Positions 62,401 through 64,000 of a stretch of DNA of 64,000 nt are shown in pieces; position 1 is the first letter of the stretch; the number at the start of each line of letters is the position of its first letter. The position numbers and the translations under genes were made by a program. The DNA is taken from positions 20,460,001 through 20,524,000 of the forward strand of contig NC_043022.1 of NCBI RefSeq assembly GCF_006345805.1, read 5' to 3'. This stretch comes from Octopus sinensis. Lineage: Eukaryota. Below the pieces are notes generated by a model. It was not told the origin of the DNA. It saw only the letters and a list, made by a program, of their open reading frames with translations, and made no database searches.

Positions 62401-62868
62401 TATTCTCTTCCCTGTTTCCTCTTCCAAGAATCGTGTATACAATGGCTAATGATGGCATCATCTTTAAGCATTTTTCCACCGTTTCAAATAAATTCAAAAC
62501 GCCTTGGTTAGCTGTATTGGTGTGTGGAATTCTTGCAGGTAACCTTTTTTTAAATTTTCTGGTGTGTTGTTTGCTATCTGGTACATGTCATGCTGTGACT
62601 TCCCTGAAATCTGGCACATGTTGCAGTGTTATATACTCGTGTGTAGCTCCATTTCAGCCCTGACTGAGCAGCATTATGGCTTTTGGATGGAAAAAGTTAA
62701 AGACTGCTCATGAAATTTGAACCCTCAAAAGAATTATTTTTAATAATTTTCTTTTTTTTTCTCAGCTATCATTTCTACAATCTTTGATCTTGGTCAATTA
62801 ATCGATATGTTGTCTCTAGCAACATTGTTAGCTTACACGCTGGTCAGCAAGAGCATCACTGTACTCAG
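50944..62868 (+). CDS. Cationic amino acid transporter (SLC7A1-4/CAT, slimfast-like), 3'-partial, 9 exons, ~412 aa in window
   Basis: Exons 50944-51052, 53519-53638, 54356-54484, 54949-55104, 57646-57782, 58424-58544, 59649-59871, 62399-62538, 62766-62868 join in frame. CAT motifs: [62 protein letters not shown]. Paralog identity not resolvable here. Confidence 0.93.
51061..53447. repeat. 2.4-kb polypyrimidine satellite, ctgtcactgt(ct)n
   Basis: Direct inspection; fills SLC7A coding intron 1. Confidence 0.95.
53519..53638 (+). CDS. SLC7A-like exon 2
   Basis: [39 protein letters not shown]|gtaaaa. Confidence 0.92.
53965..54295. repeat. 16-bp minisatellite (cgctcacgcgtcccct) with a 32-bp higher-order 5' part
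   Basis: Direct inspection. Confidence 0.9.
54356..54484 (+). CDS. SLC7A-like exon 3
   Basis: [42 protein letters not shown]|gtaagc. Confidence 0.93.
54949..55104 (+). CDS. SLC7A-like exon 4
   Basis: [20 protein letters not shown]...[15 protein letters not shown]|gtaagt. Confidence 0.92.
56640..57535 (-). mobile_element. 5'-truncated RTE-clade LINE (ORF2 C-terminus, 3' UTR, (GAT)n tail)
   Basis: [14 protein letters not shown]...[36 protein letters not shown], then [19 protein letters not shown]: typical RTE RT C-terminus. Confidence 0.85.
57646..57782 (+). CDS. SLC7A-like exon 5
   Basis: [45 protein letters not shown]|gtgaat. Confidence 0.9.
58424..58544 (+). CDS. SLC7A-like exon 6
   Basis: [40 protein letters not shown]|gtaagt. 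Confidence 0.93.
59649..59871 (+). CDS. SLC7A-like exon 7
   Basis: [18 protein letters not shown]...[22 protein letters not shown]...VCALST|gtaaga. Confidence 0.93.
60115..61300. repeat. 28-bp GC-rich minisatellite, ~42 units (gtgccttttgacgtggcgccagcaccca)
   Basis: Period of 28 measured at 60181/60209. Confidence 0.95.
62070..62298. mobile_element. piggyBac-type MITE, family E (others at ~30180-30422, 7440-7600, 3720-4050, 28330-28500)
   Basis: ttaaccctttagtgttt ... aacactaaagggttaa. Confidence 0.75.
62399..62538 (+). CDS. SLC7A-like exon 8
   Basis: [46 protein letters not shown]|gtaacc. Confidence 0.92.
62766..62868 (+). CDS. SLC7A-like exon 9
   Basis: [34 protein letters not shown]|gtaagt. 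Confidence 0.9.
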
Positions 62869-62921
62869 GTAAGTAGTTCGATGTCCATAACCCTGTTTTA
62901 CTTGTCTGTGTTGGAAGAAGG

Positions 62922-63303
62922 TGGAGGCGCAATGGCCCAGTGGTTAGGGCAGCGGACTCGCGGTCATAGGATCGCGGTTTCGATTCCCAGACCGGGTGTT
63001 GTGCGTGTTTATTGAGCGAAAACACCTAAAAGCTCCACGAGGCTCCGGCAGGGGATGGTGGTGATCCCTGCTGTACTTTTTCACCACAACTTTCTCTCAC
63101 TCTTACTTCCTGTTTCTGTTGTACCTGTAGTTCAAGGGGCTGGCCTTGTCACTCTCTGTGTCACGCTGAATATCCCCGAGAACTATGTTAAGGGTGCACG
63201 TATGTGGAGTGCTCAGCCACTTACATGTTAATTTCACGAGCAGGCTGTTCTGTTGATTCGGATCAACCGGAACCCTCATTGTCGTAACCGACGGAGTGCT
63301 TCC
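62922..63303 (+). mobile_element. tRNA(Arg)-like SINE, probably octopus OR/OK type; shorter copy at ~41472-41750
   Basis: ggaggcgcaatggcccagtggttagggcagcggactcgcggtc...ggtttcgattccc; family name from memory, unverified. Confidence 0.7.
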
Positions 63304-64000
63304 ATAAGGTTGGAAGAGGGTATTAAACACATTGATTTCTGATGGGACAAAGCAGAAGTTTTATATATCACTTGACTTTAATTATTAACTAGCAGTATCG
63401 CCTGGCGTTGCTCGGGTTTGTTTCAACCCTTTAGAATTGGAATTTTTGAAAAGTAAAAATTTTGCATTATGTAGCTTGTTATTCTCTTTAAGTGAACATT
63501 TTCCTGGTTGAAATACACTGAAAAATGGTGACACAGCAGTCAAAAAATTGTAAAAAATAGGGATTTTCATAGCCAAAAAAGCACCTTTTTGATGTAAATA
63601 ATTTTTGGTGTTAAGACCCATAGAGGCCCTAAGGACTTAAAAGATTTTGGTGCCCCCATAAATATGCAATTCAAATTATAAACAAATTTTTATAAAAACA
63701 AAACTAACAGTAAGACCAAAAATGTTTATTTTTGTATACTTCTACTTTATTTATATTTGAAAAGTTTTCTCTTTTTTTTTAATTGCAAATCTTTTGATCA
63801 TGTCTTCAAATTTAATCTTATGTAATCCAGCTGCTTTTATACTTAGTAGAGATAAGACATCCCAAATATTATTTTACCTAGTGATTTCTTTTGTGCCATA
63901 AACCCACTTCCCTCATTTTACTTAATGGTTAATCCATTACTTCCATCCTTAATTCATATCTAGGACTACAGTTATGATACCTTATTAAGCCTTTAAGGTT

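Overview
Eukaryotic, AT-rich, repeat-dense genomic DNA, most likely from an octopus/cephalopod (inferred from the SINE families, (GAT)n-tailed RTE fragments and microsatellite load, not from a search). I assembled three spliced protein-coding genes by hand; every listed junction is GT..AG and the phases are consistent. (1) SKA2 on +, 453-10175, 8 exons, first coding exon upstream of the window; a long form with a C-terminal extension resembling the SKA1 microtubule-binding domain. (2) WDR75/UTP17 on -, 44577-16938, 19 coding exons, ~758 aa; the last exon is inferred. (3) A cationic amino acid transporter (SLC7A1-4/slimfast-like) on +, from 50944, 9 exons, continuing past the window. WDR75 is head-to-head with SLC7A and tail-to-tail with SKA2. 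The remainder is mostly SINEs, RTE and CR1 LINE fragments, mariner and piggyBac-type MITEs, Helentron-like elements and tandem repeats. Nearly all long ORFs in the supplied track are repeat artefacts. The best candidate for something undescribed is a short element with a tRNA-like Pol III head and a hammerhead-ribozyme-like tail. It occurs twice as a full unit plus an inverted partial copy, each within a 12-14 bp target-site duplication, which is Penelope-type architecture. Second is a foldback family with arms of about 50, 108 and 500 bp, including a ~1 kb spacerless palindrome upstream of WDR75. Exon, TSD and ribozyme coordinates were counted by hand; other repeat boundaries are approximate.
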